A stretch of 64,000 nucleotides of DNA from Haliotis rubra (taxonomy: Eukaryota): the NCBI RefSeq assembly GCF_003918875.1, contig NW_025767355.1:62001-126000 (forward strand), read 5' to 3'. Of the stretch, positions 25,991 to 42,600 are shown in pieces. The stretch's first letter is position 1, and each line of letters opens with the position of its first letter. A program made the position numbers and the translations under genes. The notes under the pieces were generated by a model. The model ran no database searches. It was not told the DNA's origin and was given only the letters and a program-made list of their open reading frames with translations.

Positions 25991-26943
25991 AGAACAACAA
26001 CATCTTCTCCCGCCCAGTATTTAGTCACCATATGTTTTAGTGGGTCAACACTGCAGAGTTAACACTGACGAAACAACGTTAATTTGTTATTAGATATGTG
26101 GGTCAATATCCTATTGTTTCGATCATGTCTCAAATTCGATCGATTCAACTTGGAACATTTTAACATATGTCAACCTATAAGAAACCTGAATGCATAATCA
26201 AAGTTATTGATTACCTCCAGACCCCATCGCACCTGCTTCTATGTCATCCTTCACGGTAAAGGAAAAGATAATAGCTGCCAGACTAAATCAGACAATGTAG
26301 TGTCTCCCTGTGTCAGGGATCCGAAACCACAATGGAATATCGGTTGATTTTGTCAAAAAAGGAGAAATTCTTAGTAAAAATGATAAGGTTTCAGCCTGTA
26401 ATGGAATCAGTGTAATATCAATGTTAACTGTGTAATATCAATGTCAACTGTCTAAACGAAATAGAGTGGTCTAATATCCTTTGGTATTTCACAAACAACC
26501 TCTGGCATAGGATTATTTTGTTTCTTGCTTGGACATTTCGGAAAACTACAATTCCGAAAACCACGACAATAAGTAATTATTGAAAAGTCGAACTCATGGT
26601 GTTTTAGCTTGTTTAAGGTCAAACGTGCATTACCATGCAAGTAATAACATATTTCGGTATTCAGAGCAAAGAACTTTATGTTAACAATACTAGGTTACTA
26701 AATGCTTCTTATTACCAGTTCCTGTATTGTTGATCGTGTATCGTGCTTGCTGTCTGCTGTGTGTATCTCTCGTATATTACAAGCATAGTTCATCCCAGGT
26801 TGTCACATTGGTGAGTTCCGACTGGTTCATGTACAGCTTGTAAATATAGACTTGTTATATAAACTATAATCTTCCATGATATGGGTGTATTCGTTCTGTA
26901 TTACTTTGCATCGACTTGCACCTCTCTCTGAAGGCATGGCTTG

Positions 26944-28070
26944 GGCAGGTACACGGGGAGCGGGCAGGATGTGGACAGGTACACGGGGAGCGGGCTGGGT
27001 GTGGACAGGTATACGGGGAGCGGGCAGGGTATGGACAGGTAGACGGGGAGCAGGCGGGGTATGGACAGGTATACGGGGAGTGGGCTAGGTATGGACAGGT
27101 ACACGGGGAGCGGGCTAGGTATGGACAGGTACACGGGGAGCGGGCAGGGTATGGACAGGTAGACAGGGTGTGGACAGGTATACGGGGAGCGGGCAGGATG
27201 TGGACGGGTACACGGGGAGTGGGTTGGGTGTGGACAGGTACACGGGGAGCGGGCAGGGTGTGGACAGGTATACGGGGAGTGGGCCGAGTGTGGACAGGTA
27301 CACAGGGAGCGGGCAGGATGTGGACAGGTATACGGGGTGTGGGCTGGGTGTGGACAGGTATACGGGGAATGGGCTGGGTGTGGACAGGTACACGGGGAGT
27401 GGGCTGGGTGTGGACAGGTATATGGGGAGTGGGTTGGGCGTGGACAGGTATACGGGTACGGGGCTGGGTGTGGACAGGTACACGGGGAATGGGCAGGATG
27501 TGGACAGGTACACGGGGAGCGGGCAGGACATGGACAGGTACACGGGGAGTGGGCAGGGTGTGGACCGGTATATGGGGTGTGGGCTGGGTGTGGACCGGTA
27601 TATGGGGTGTGGGCTGGGTGTGGACAGGTACACGGGGAGTGGGCAGGACGTGGACAGGTACACGGGGAGTGGGCAGGACGTGGACAGGTACACGGGGAGT
27701 GGGCAGGACGTGGACAGGTACACGGGGAGTGGGCAGGATGTGGACAGGTACACGGGGAGTGGGCAGGACGTGGACAGGTACACAGGGAGTGGGCAGGACG
27801 TGGACAGGTACACGGGGAGTGGGCGGGGCGTGGACAGGTACACGGGGATTGGGCAGGATGTGGACAGGTACACGGGGAGTGGGCTGGGTATGGACAGGTA
27901 GACAGGGCGTGGACAGGTACACGGGGAGTGGGCAGGGTGTGGACCGGTATATGGGGAGTGGGCTGGGTGCGGACAGGTACACGGGGAGTGGGCAGGGTGT
28001 GGACAGGTACACGGGGAGCAGGCAGGGTGTGGACAGGGAGACGGGGAGTGGGCTGGGTGTGGACAGGTAT
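26944..28070. repeat. 30-bp G-rich minisatellite (gtggacaggtacacggggagtgggcaggat)n
   Basis: About 38 units with extreme G/C strand skew. Confidence 0.95.
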
Positions 28071-28319
28071 AGAGGAAGAGGGACGGATGTGGATGTGGGG
28101 TGTGGATGAGGCTGCAAAGTTAATCTGGGGATGAAGGCTGATAGAAGCTTTCTGGGGAACATTTGAAGCGACAAAACGTGTTCCACATCAAAGAGTCGAT
28201 TGTACAATTTAGGACATGTAAGTGAATCACTATTACAATAGTTATGACACCGGGTGTTCACTCCACCGGTGTCACCCATCACAAACACATGCAAAGGCTA
28301 GTCACACTTCACCTGAACA

Positions 28320-30050
28320 ATACCGGGAACGTATGGTACAAGTCAACTTTAGGAATTGCATCGGACATCAGTTTTGTCACCGATGCGTCAAATGGTGAAG
28401 ATTCCTCCACTTATGTACCTTAAATCGTTTTGAAAGCTTTACTGAGGCCTCGAATGGTGTAACTTTGATCAAAGAAATCCTGAGCAGGATCCTGGCGTTC
28501 TTTGAAATCTTGCAAGCTTGATTGTACGGTACATCAAAGGTTGTGAAATGTAAACCAAAGGCTTGAGCTGTTTGAATAGTGCCTGACGTGAAAGTACAAT
28601 TGATGACTGGAAAGTTGAAATCGTCCCGTTTGGCATACAGTCTTGTGGAGAGATTCTCGTCACTCTGAATCTTCATGCTGAGATCTAACTATGAAACGCA
28701 CGAGGCGGTATCACATGTCTCCTCTTCTTCAAGTTCAGGTGGGTAAACCAGCGGAAGGGAATTGGCTATTAGATGGCTGTTGAACGATATCAGATCATCG
28801 ATAAACCTGCCAAATTACCTTCCTTTGATTTTGCCAACCCGAGCCGAAATTCTGATTCATATGCATAAAGAAACAGATTCGCAAGGAGTGGAGCACATTT
28901 GGTGCCCATGGGGATACCTACTCCTTGTCTAACTATTTCCCTCAGATACGTTGATGTTGAAGTCCAGCATTCCACACGCTGCTTACTCAGTAAATTTCAG
29001 AGATTTTCCTTCATTTCCGACAAATTGTCTTGAACCTCTGGAGGTAGAACTATGTCTCTGCTCACCGCGTTTATTAAAAGATGGATGAATCAAGGAATGA
29101 CGTTTTGACTTCGCCATGTTCGATAGTGGTGCACAATGTTGAAAACTCAAAATTTTGACAGAACTGAACGTTTCTGAGTTTGTAAAACTGAGATTTTGGG
29201 CAACATAGCTTATGGTTACTGGTTCGAATCCCAGCACTATACGCATTCATCTGTTAGGACATTCCTCCAATATCAAGCTGCCATTCCCCTCACTGTTGCA
29301 CGTGCAATACATGTGGTCTGGGCAGTTGAATTTGTTCGAACTATGTTTAGCCAGCAGTGGATGGATACCAGGTAGAATGAGATGGTAATATGACAGCCCT
29401 CCAGCACCACAAAGACAGCTTGGGTCTTCCACTCCCATCGGGACTGAGAATTGACGGTGTAATAAAGGGCTTTGAACGTGATATTCTGCGTTGAAAAGCG
29501 CCATACAAATGGACTGTTATCATTATGATATATCGAACGATGAATTCGTTTTGCAAAGTGGCATAGGCTTGGAGTGCCAGAAACCTATAGTGACCTACGT
29601 TCTTGATATCTTTTTATATGAAACGAAGCTGAGGGAGCTTGGTAAATTAGCAAGGTATTTCGTAACAATAATGTGTTGAGAATCTGTTTTTCAAGTCTAA
29701 TCCTATATAGTAAATCCTGGACATGCCATGATTCACGTAACATCGATGCATCTATAATGTTTCTCAGACGAGACGATACGCGATACACATGTACCTGTAC
29801 CGATCGATATTTTAGTCCTGTCTCATTACAAATATAGACCTGTTCATTCATACGAGTAATATTCATCAAATTTGCCAGTAATTAAGTATGATATAGGTAT
29901 CGAATCTGGAGATAAAACATCCCTGCTGAATATATCAAACGTCCAATAACCAACGACCCTCAACCAACAGACATTCCCCCCTTCTTCATGGCCACAAGTA
30001 AACGCATGTTATATTGTTCTGAGTTCGATCCCTGGGTATCTCTGCCCTGC
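28320..30050 (-). mobile_element. Degenerate Penelope-like retroelement (probably Naiad type)
   Basis: Minus-strand fragments RQGVGIPMGTKCAPLLANLFLYAYESEF, FIDD, RLYAKRDDFNFPVIN and VYISQ are RT and thumb motifs typical of invertebrate PLEs. Many stops and frameshifts; ends approximate. Confidence 0.7.
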
Positions 30051-30169
30051 CTAAACATCGAAAATAATTCACCATGATTGTTATATTTTTTTAAAATGCA
30101 GCAGTCACTAATATAAACGCGACAACGCTACATTTTGATGAAATGTCGCGTTGTCGCTCTTTGTTAAAT

Positions 30170-30417
30170 GACCCGTGAAGGTCAGGGTAAGAATATTGAT
30201 CTTCAGTAACCTATGTTTGTCGTAAGAGGCGACTAACGGGATCGGGTGGTCAGGCTCGCTGACTTGGTTGACACATGTCATCGGTTCCCAATTGCGCAGA
30301 TCGATGCTCCTGCTTTTGATCACTGGATTGTCTGGTCCAGACTCGATTATTTACAGACTGCCGCCATTTAGCAGGAATATTGCTGTGTGCGGCGTAACAC
30401 TAAACTCACTCACTCAT
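30170..30417 (+). mobile_element. Retroposon family A copy
   Basis: Starts gacccgtgaaggtc. TSD tctttgttaaa on both sides. Confidence 0.9.
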
Positions 30418-30460
30418 TCTTTGTTAAAATACTGAGTATACTATGTGTTATGACGTATTA

Positions 30461-30688
30461 GGTGAAAAGTATGGAATCCTAGAAGGGACATTGTCGGGTT
30501 GTGGCATTGTCACCCTTTGGATGAAGAATAAAATATTATTCAAAACGCAACAATGCGACAAATGGGCGACATGTCGCGCTGTCGCATTTTTGCATTGTCG
30601 CACTTTGGTTAATGCTGCCACCTTTTTGCTTGTGTTTGTGAGGGCGACACCGCGATAATGTCCCTTCTAGGATTCCATACTTTTCACC
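30461..30688. mobile_element. 228-bp MITE with 32-bp perfect TIRs
   Basis: ggtgaaaagtatggaatcctagaagggacatt ... aatgtcccttctaggattccatacttttcacc, with internal cgaca/tgtcg motifs. Superfamily uncertain. Confidence 0.85.
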
Positions 30689-32461
30689 ATATATAATTTA
30701 TTCTCTTGCTGGCGTTATGTGCTATAACGATGACACAGTTGTTGGACATATCAGTGACCGTCCATGGCCTGATTGAGAACCTACTAATGGCCTCAGAGGA
30801 GTCTCTGTGTATACCCACAGCTAAACGATTGCTGACAGATTTCGGTTAAACCCCTTAAGCCAAGATCACGAGCATGATGAAATCAATGTGCATGTATGTA
30901 TATACTGCAATGTGAAATTGATAATCGGAAGAAAGTGAAGTTGGAGAATTTGATCGACATATCCATTTGCTCTCGTTCCTCCAGAACCATCACAAAGTCA
31001 GATCTCCCTGTGTAGGATATGGTTGCCCACAAAATTATTCATGATCGGAAACGAAAGTGACTTGTGCCTAATAATCTGATAGGTTGAAAACAATTGTTCG
31101 AAACACGTAAATTTTAAAGACATCACTACACAAGAAGGTTGTTTTTTCTCGGCATGGCCAGATGGGTCCCACGTTAAATAGATATTAAATCAGATCATTA
31201 TTAATTCCATTATTAATTCATAATAACAGTAATTTGTATTTGGTGTCGTATCATGGTAATACAGATGACGCACATAGCTGGATTTACTGGAGGTCAGACG
31301 GGCCACGCACGGATTCATGAACACGTCTGTTTACATGCCGGGCTGGTCATGCTTCCTGGGAGTGTGATGTGACGTCACGGTATTAGCGGGTACAGTGATA
31401 CGTCCGATATAGGTATCTAGAACGCCAGATATTGCGTGAAACTGACACTCGCCGGACAGCCTGCATCTTCACCAGTAGGTATACTCCTTCTGCCGCTGAT
31501 ATATACCCCGCTATATGTTGTTACCCCACTGTCAACACCGTATATTTACAGAGCTATTGGCTGTCTGAGTTAAAGGGGTCAGGTTTAGAAAAACGAGCCC
31601 TATGGTTCCAAGTAGCCTATGGCGGGTAGCCAGTTTTCTGTAAAATCTAGCGTTGATTGTGTGAATGGGTTAGGGGTTAAAGTCGCTTTATCAGTATGTC
31701 AGGTATATCGCCATGTGTCACCTCTATGAGAAGAAAGGTCACAGAAACATAGGTCCCAGGTGATCAGGATTAATCGGGCATAAAAACTAACGGGCTAATG
31801 GGCGTACCTCTGTACACAATGTTTGTTTTTTAGCATGGGCGTCACTAAAATAGTGATGCCACTTTGTGTTGTTACGCCGAGGCTAGCAATATCCTAGTTG
31901 TCTGACACCGAGCTGTAAATAACCAAGTGATTGACACAATGACTATCGATCTACATGATGACATTCATCAACCATGTCAGCGAGTGTGACTCCCTGGTTA
32001 GCGACTCTAGTACACGCATGGGTTGCTGAACACCAAATCTTGACTATAGTTGCTGAGGTTGTGACGTGAAATGGGGTTTGGCGTCGCGTAAAGGAGTTTC
32101 CCTCTTATATAGGGGCGTGTCTGTGTGTGTTTGTTTATACTGGACTCCGGACAGACTCAGTATACTGAGAACACGCTCCGACCCGACCACTCCATGTTTC
32201 ATCCTCTCAATGCCGACACCAGGCAGAGAAACAACAAGTACCATTATTTAACCGTTTTGGTTGTATGCGTCCGAGGACCAGGAAACAAACCTTTCTCTCT
32301 CAGGACAGAAGCGCAACCCACCAGACCATGCATGGAGGGAGTAAAGCATGTATCTTTAGCTCCCCTACAAGGACACGGCTTGGCTGTTTATGTATTCCCA
32401 TTCGACTGTGTTCCAGGTGTTAGAAGTATCACACATAGTGAGTTAGAATCCGATCAACAAG

Positions 32462-36638
<4,177 letters not shown>

Positions 36639-37313
36639 GAGTAGCAGGGGAAGGGGACAGAACTCAATGAGAGACAACCATGCCGCGACGTATCCGTGCT
36701 GTTTTCGCCATTGTGTAGATATGCTGTAGACAATGATTTCAGCAGTTATATATCTTTCATTAATGTAAATATATTTAAACTGTGCTCAGACTTGATAACT
36801 GACTTATGTAGATCTGTACATCAAATGCAACAAGAGTTATCTACCTTGTTTACACAGGAGCCTGAAAGGATATAGCCCTGTGGCATGCTAATCACGAATT
36901 AGGTTACGGACAGTGGGTTTTATCTGAGACACATATCTGAAGTCTGAATCAAGACAAGGTTATCTCGCGACTGACATCCTAAATAATGAATTTACATTTA
37001 TTTTGTTGATAATGTGTATCTAAAGATTGAGTATTGTGAGGTGAAGCCAACAGCAAGGTACGATGAGTGTATTTTCGTATTTACCATGGGTTCCATACAT
37101 ATGCACTCTTTAACCGTAAAACCTCATCGGATATTACTGTACTTAATAAAATAAAATGGGCGGAGTGCAACGAGGGTCATATACACTCTGAAGTATGTAT
37201 TGTGTTTACTGATATTTGATACTGTGTTGCCACATCCGGGCTTCAGCGGTATCACCTTTACAACGTCAAGGACAACGGAGTCAGCTGCTACTCTGCTCTA
37301 GGAATAAATAGAG

Positions 37314-38014
37314 AATACTACACGAGGTCTCATTACATACGCATTATACGAAACGAGTGTCCTTCCCATGGTATCTGACCGAGCGAAAGCGAGGTCAGAT
37401 AACATAGGAAGGTCACGAGTTTCGTATAATTCATATGTAATGAGACCGAGTGTGGTATTTTATTTATTACCCACGTCTTACATGCTTTAAATTGACAAAA
37501 TAGCGTATTTTTGTTCATATTTTGGTTTCAAAGCGAAACCGGTTTCATAAAGAGGTTGCGGAAGAGTTTTGTACTGTAGTACAATATTTGCATGACGTCA
37601 CTGCCTTGGTAACCGACGTCACGATGCATGTCAGTTGTCATCGCCTCGTACAGCCTCCTACAGTAAACTACTCCGTAGCACCGCGTTTCTTGGTTTGCAG
37701 TTTCTTCATTCGGCTCACATCACTGGTGGAAACATTGCGCTTATGTTTTTCGACGGATATAATGTCTCAGTTCGACTCACAAGTAAACAGCGACACGGCA
37801 ACGTTCGCAATGTTTACATTCCCACAATGCATTTAAGTTGTAGAATGAATGAATTCGCGTGTTTGTTATGAATGAAAAATAGTTACGTCAGAATGTGACC
37901 TAATTGAGAGGTCATCGGTCAAATCGTTACAATCTCAGGTCAAGTCGTACGACACTCGTGTGACGTACGAGATCAGTATGCAACTACCCATACGTTGACC
38001 ACGTGGGTAATAAA
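37314..38014. mobile_element. Palindromic non-autonomous DNA element: 146-bp hairpin plus 14-bp inverted repeats
   Basis: Arms aatactacacgaggtctcattacata..ttatacgaaac / gtttcgtataa..tatgtaatgagaccgagtgtggtatt (37314-37459), then tttattacccacgt (37463) / acgtgggtaataaa (38001-38014). Confidence 0.6.
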
Positions 38015-39655
38015 GTCCATGATGGTATTACTAATTCTATCACACCTGGAGTTTCGTATGACGTCATCTTACAGACACGCGACACTTTCCTCTAAGCCAC
38101 CCGCGGGTCCAACAATACTGAAGATGAAACAAGGTTAATATACTACTCTAATTTGGACAGGGCTATTCTTTCTTTCATGATACACAAGAGTGATTCTTAT
38201 ACATTACCAAGTGTACATCTAAACAGAAATACGCACACATGATTATCTTAGCAAAAGTTGATTAGTATATTAGGTAAAAGGCTTTAAAGAGCACTAGTCT
38301 TCACGACCTTGGTCATACTTCATTAAGACATTGGCCTGTTTCTATTACAGGCAAGATGGATATACTTGTCGTTAACTATAAATATACGTTAGGACCTATA
38401 CCTGGCGTTCCGTCACAGGGACCTGGCCGTATTCAGTGTAATTCGATCCAGTCTGTAAATTTCTGGGGGTTTTAACATCTTGATATCTACGTTTCCATAT
38501 TCATTCATTCAATATATCGCCGGAAGTGTCTGTTTGTGTTTGAGGAATGCCGGTGTTTGGACCATAATTAAACCCAAACCCCTAACGGGAATTCTCGGGA
38601 GCCATGGGAACATGAAAAATAATATAGGTTTAAGTATTTTATGGAAACTTCTTGTTCTAATCAAATTGGTCACGCTGTACATAGTTTTACATGATAAAAG
38701 TGATTTCTTTGAGTGGCATTTAGAAGTTGATGTGATGAAACTACGAGGAGTGTTCTATGTATATACAAGTTCTTTAATATTAAAGAAGTTGTATATCCAT
38801 AGACCTCTCCTCGTTATTTTATGATAAAAAAGAATAATCTGTAATGCGCGTTTCTTTCGTCCACATACCAAAACAAGTAAGTTCAGTGCTAACGAACTCA
38901 CACCTATAGTACCTATCGTTAGGGGAAATCCCCTATACTAAGGGGCGTAACTCTAATTCTAAAATAGGTATTCACAGCTGTCAACAATACGTGCTCTCCA
39001 GCTAATCGCGTGCGTTGGAATTGTGACTTGTGTGTAATTACAATGCTTCTGTGAGAAGAACAGAACAGGTGTTGATTATACTGTCCATCAGATTAGGTAT
39101 GTAGACATATTGTCAGGTTGTGATAAGTAACACAGATTGTGTACACACTACACAGTACAATTGTTTCACTGCTTCATATATTTTCATGTATGTTTTGTAT
39201 GTAATGTTATATGACATCATTACAACACATACACTGACACTAATACATACACACTGAGAGAGAGAGGTAGGGAGGTACAAATGCTTACACACTAAATAAT
39301 CACATTAGCACACTTGCATGCATTAAATCTTAAATGCTCACACACATGCAACATACACACACATGTACAGAAACACGTGCACACGTACACACACAGACAC
39401 TGTAAGTGAGGGTTACCTCACAGAGAACCTCTGCCTGACATCACATGCAGATATTCTGTCACATCACATTGTATATACTCAGATGTCAGATATCCCATCA
39501 TATCATCTTGTATATACTCAGATGTCAGATGTCCTGTCTATCACATTAACCCTGATATGACATATATACCCCGATGTCAATTAATGTATTCCTTTGCAAC
39601 AAAAAGAATAGTATGAAACATATATATTGCCCCTTTAAGCATCTAGCTGGTGAGG

Positions 39656-42600
39656 ATGCCATACAAGGTAGAGACAGTGATCAAGCATGCTGCACAGACT
39701 GTGGGGGAGGGTCCCCACTGGGACGTCCCCACCCAGAGGCTGCTGTATGTAGACATCAACAAGGGGGATGTTCACAGGTGGGATCCCACCACAGCCAAGG
39801 ATGAGAAAGTACACCTAGGTTAGTATTTCTATTTTCTATTAGTTTGTTTATAAAAGTCTGGCCCAGATTTCAAAGTAATTGTCACTGAGGAATACATTAA
39901 AAACAATTTAACTTTCAAATTACCTCGAAGTACCGAAAAGCAAATATATTTGAACTTTAGGGGACATATTATTTTATGCTGGGAGTAGATGGTTTAACAC
40001 TACGCCAGAACTTGGTGTCTTTGTATACGCCACAAAACTATATTTGTAGCAAAAGTAAAAGAGAGCATTAGATATTATGTAAATCAATTAAACATTGTGT
40101 TTTAGAATCACATATGGATACAAGCATGATGAGTGAGTGAGTCAGTTGGGGTTTACGCCGCTTTTAGCAATATTTCAGCAATTTCACGGGGAGGGACACC
40201 AGAAATGGGCTTTACACACTGCCCATGTGGGGAATCGAACCCGGGTCTTTGGCATGACAAGTGNNNNNNNNNNNNNNNNNNNNNNNNNNNNNNNNNNNNN
40301 NNNNNNNNNNNNNNNNNNNNNNNNNNNNNNNNNNNNNNNNNNNNNNNNNNNNNNNNNNNNNNNNNNNNNNNNNNNNNNNNNNNNNNNNNNNNNNNNNNNN
40401 NNNNNNNNNNNNNNNNNNNNNNNNNNNNNNNNNNNNNNNNNNNNNNNNNNNNNNNNNNNNNNNNNNNNNNNNNNNNNNNNNNNNNNNNNNNNNNNNNNNN
40501 NNNNNCTTAGAATCCCATACAGATATAATCATTTTGCCTTGATGTGTATTATGTCTTACAATCACATATGGATGTAAACAAGGGCATGTGCATCATGTAG
40601 ATTGTGATATCCCTGTTGTCAAAAGGGTTCTTGCACTGTTTATATACTGTGTTGTTAGATGGGACAGTTGGCTTTGTGATCCCTCGGAGCAGTGGTGGTC
40701 TTGTGCTGGGTTTGAACCTGAGTGTTGTGGGTTTGGACTGGGAGAGTGGAACCACCGTCACCCTGGCCACGGTGGATGAACGGAAAGACAACCGCCTGAA
40801 TGATGCTAAATGTGATGCTTCAGGAAGACTCTGGGCAGGTATTTCATGACATCTTCAAATTATCTTCATAGAAATATTTTCACACTAGTGTTAAGTCCCA
40901 CCTGTGAACATCCCTCTCGGGTAGGCTGTACAGCCATATTCTAACAGGAAGTGGCACAGAATATTCAGGTTAAGTGTAGGGTCATATTCTTACAGTAAGT
41001 GCTACAGAACACTTAGAATAAGTGTAGGGCAATATGTTGACAGTGAGTGACAGAGCATTCAGGTTAAGTGTAGAGCCATATGTTTACAGTAAGTGCTACA
41101 GAACACTTAGAACAAGAAGACAAAGTCATCAATATCCCCCCGCTTAATGGCAAAATACTCTTCATGATTATGTCACGAAGTTATGATTATGTCAAATATT
41201 TAGTTGTGTATATAGAAAAGTGGAATGAGAGTATTGAAAGGTTTTAAAGTTCTGCTCCATAAAGCAGCACTATCACCAATTTCAGGCTAAGTCAAACTTA
41301 TTGCCATGGAAATGCCAAAAAATATTTTATTCAGAATTTCAAAACTACCAAAAGGCACCAGTACACCACCAGACCAATCTATGTGCCAAGTTTGGTGAAG
41401 AAACATTGAACGGTTTTAAAGTTCAGTATGTTGACAGTGAGTGACAGAGCATTCAGCTGAAGTGTAGGGCAGTATGTTGACAGTGAGTGACACAGAGCAT
41501 TCAGCTGAAGTGTAGGGCAGTATGTTGACAGTGACTGACACAGAGCATTCAGCTGAAGTGTAGGGCAGTTTGTTGACAGTGACTGACACAGAGCAGCTTC
41601 AGTATGTTGACAGTGACTGACACACAGAGCATCCAGCTGAAGTGTAGGGCAGTATGTTGACAGTGACTGACACAGAGCATTCAGCTGAAGTGTAGGGCAG
41701 TATGTTGACAGTGACTGACACAGAGCATTAAGGTTAAGTGTAGGGCAGTATGTTGACAGACAGAGCATTCCAGGTGACAGTGACTGACACAGAGCATTCA
41801 GGTTAAGTGTAGGGCAGTATGTTGACAGTGAGTGACACAGAGCATTCAGGTTAAGTGTAGGGCAGTATGTTGACAGTGAGTGACACAGAGCATTCAGCTG
41901 AAGTGTAGGGCAGTATGTTGACAGTGACTGACACAGAGCATTCAGCTGAAGTGTAGGGCAGTATGTTGACAGTGAGTGACAGAGCATTCAGCTGAAGTGT
42001 AGGGCAGTATGTTGACAGTGAGTGACACAGAGCATTCAGCTGAAGTGTAGGGCAGTATGTTGACAGTGACTGACACAGAGCATTCAGCTGAAGTGTTCAG
42101 GGCAGTTTGTTGACAGTGACTGACACAGAGCATTCAGCTGAAGTGTAGGGCAGTATGTTGACAGTGACTGACACAGAGCATTCAGCTGAAGTGTAGGGCA
42201 GTATGTTGACAGTGACTGACACAGAGCATTCAGCTGAAGTGTAAGGCAGTATGTTGACAGTGAGTGACAGAGCATTAAGGTTAAGTGTAGGGCAGTATGT
42301 TGACAGTGAGCGACAGAGCATTCAGGTTAAGTGTATAGGGCAATATGTTGACAGTGACTGACACAGAGCATTCAGCTTAAGTGTAGGGCCGTATGTTGAC
42401 AGTGACTGACACAGAGCATTCAGGTTAAGTGTAGGGCAGTATGTTGACAGTGAGTGACAGAGCATTCAGGTTAAGTGTAGGGCAGTATGTTGACAGTGAG
42501 TGACAGAGCATTCAGGTTAAGTGTAGGGCAATATGTTGACAGTGACTGACACAGAGCATTCAGCAGTGTAGGGCAGTATGTTGACAGTGACTGACACAGA

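Noticed and set aside
26864-28294. Long Pro- or Gly-rich ORFs (476, 397, 265, 252 and 243 aa)
   Set aside because: Open in many frames on both strands because the 30-bp unit is largely stop-free. No splice context or non-repeat domain.
31150-31200. Pistol-ribozyme-like string ccacgttaaatag
   Set aside because: No convincing P1 partner, pseudoknot or P2/P3 stems; likely chance.
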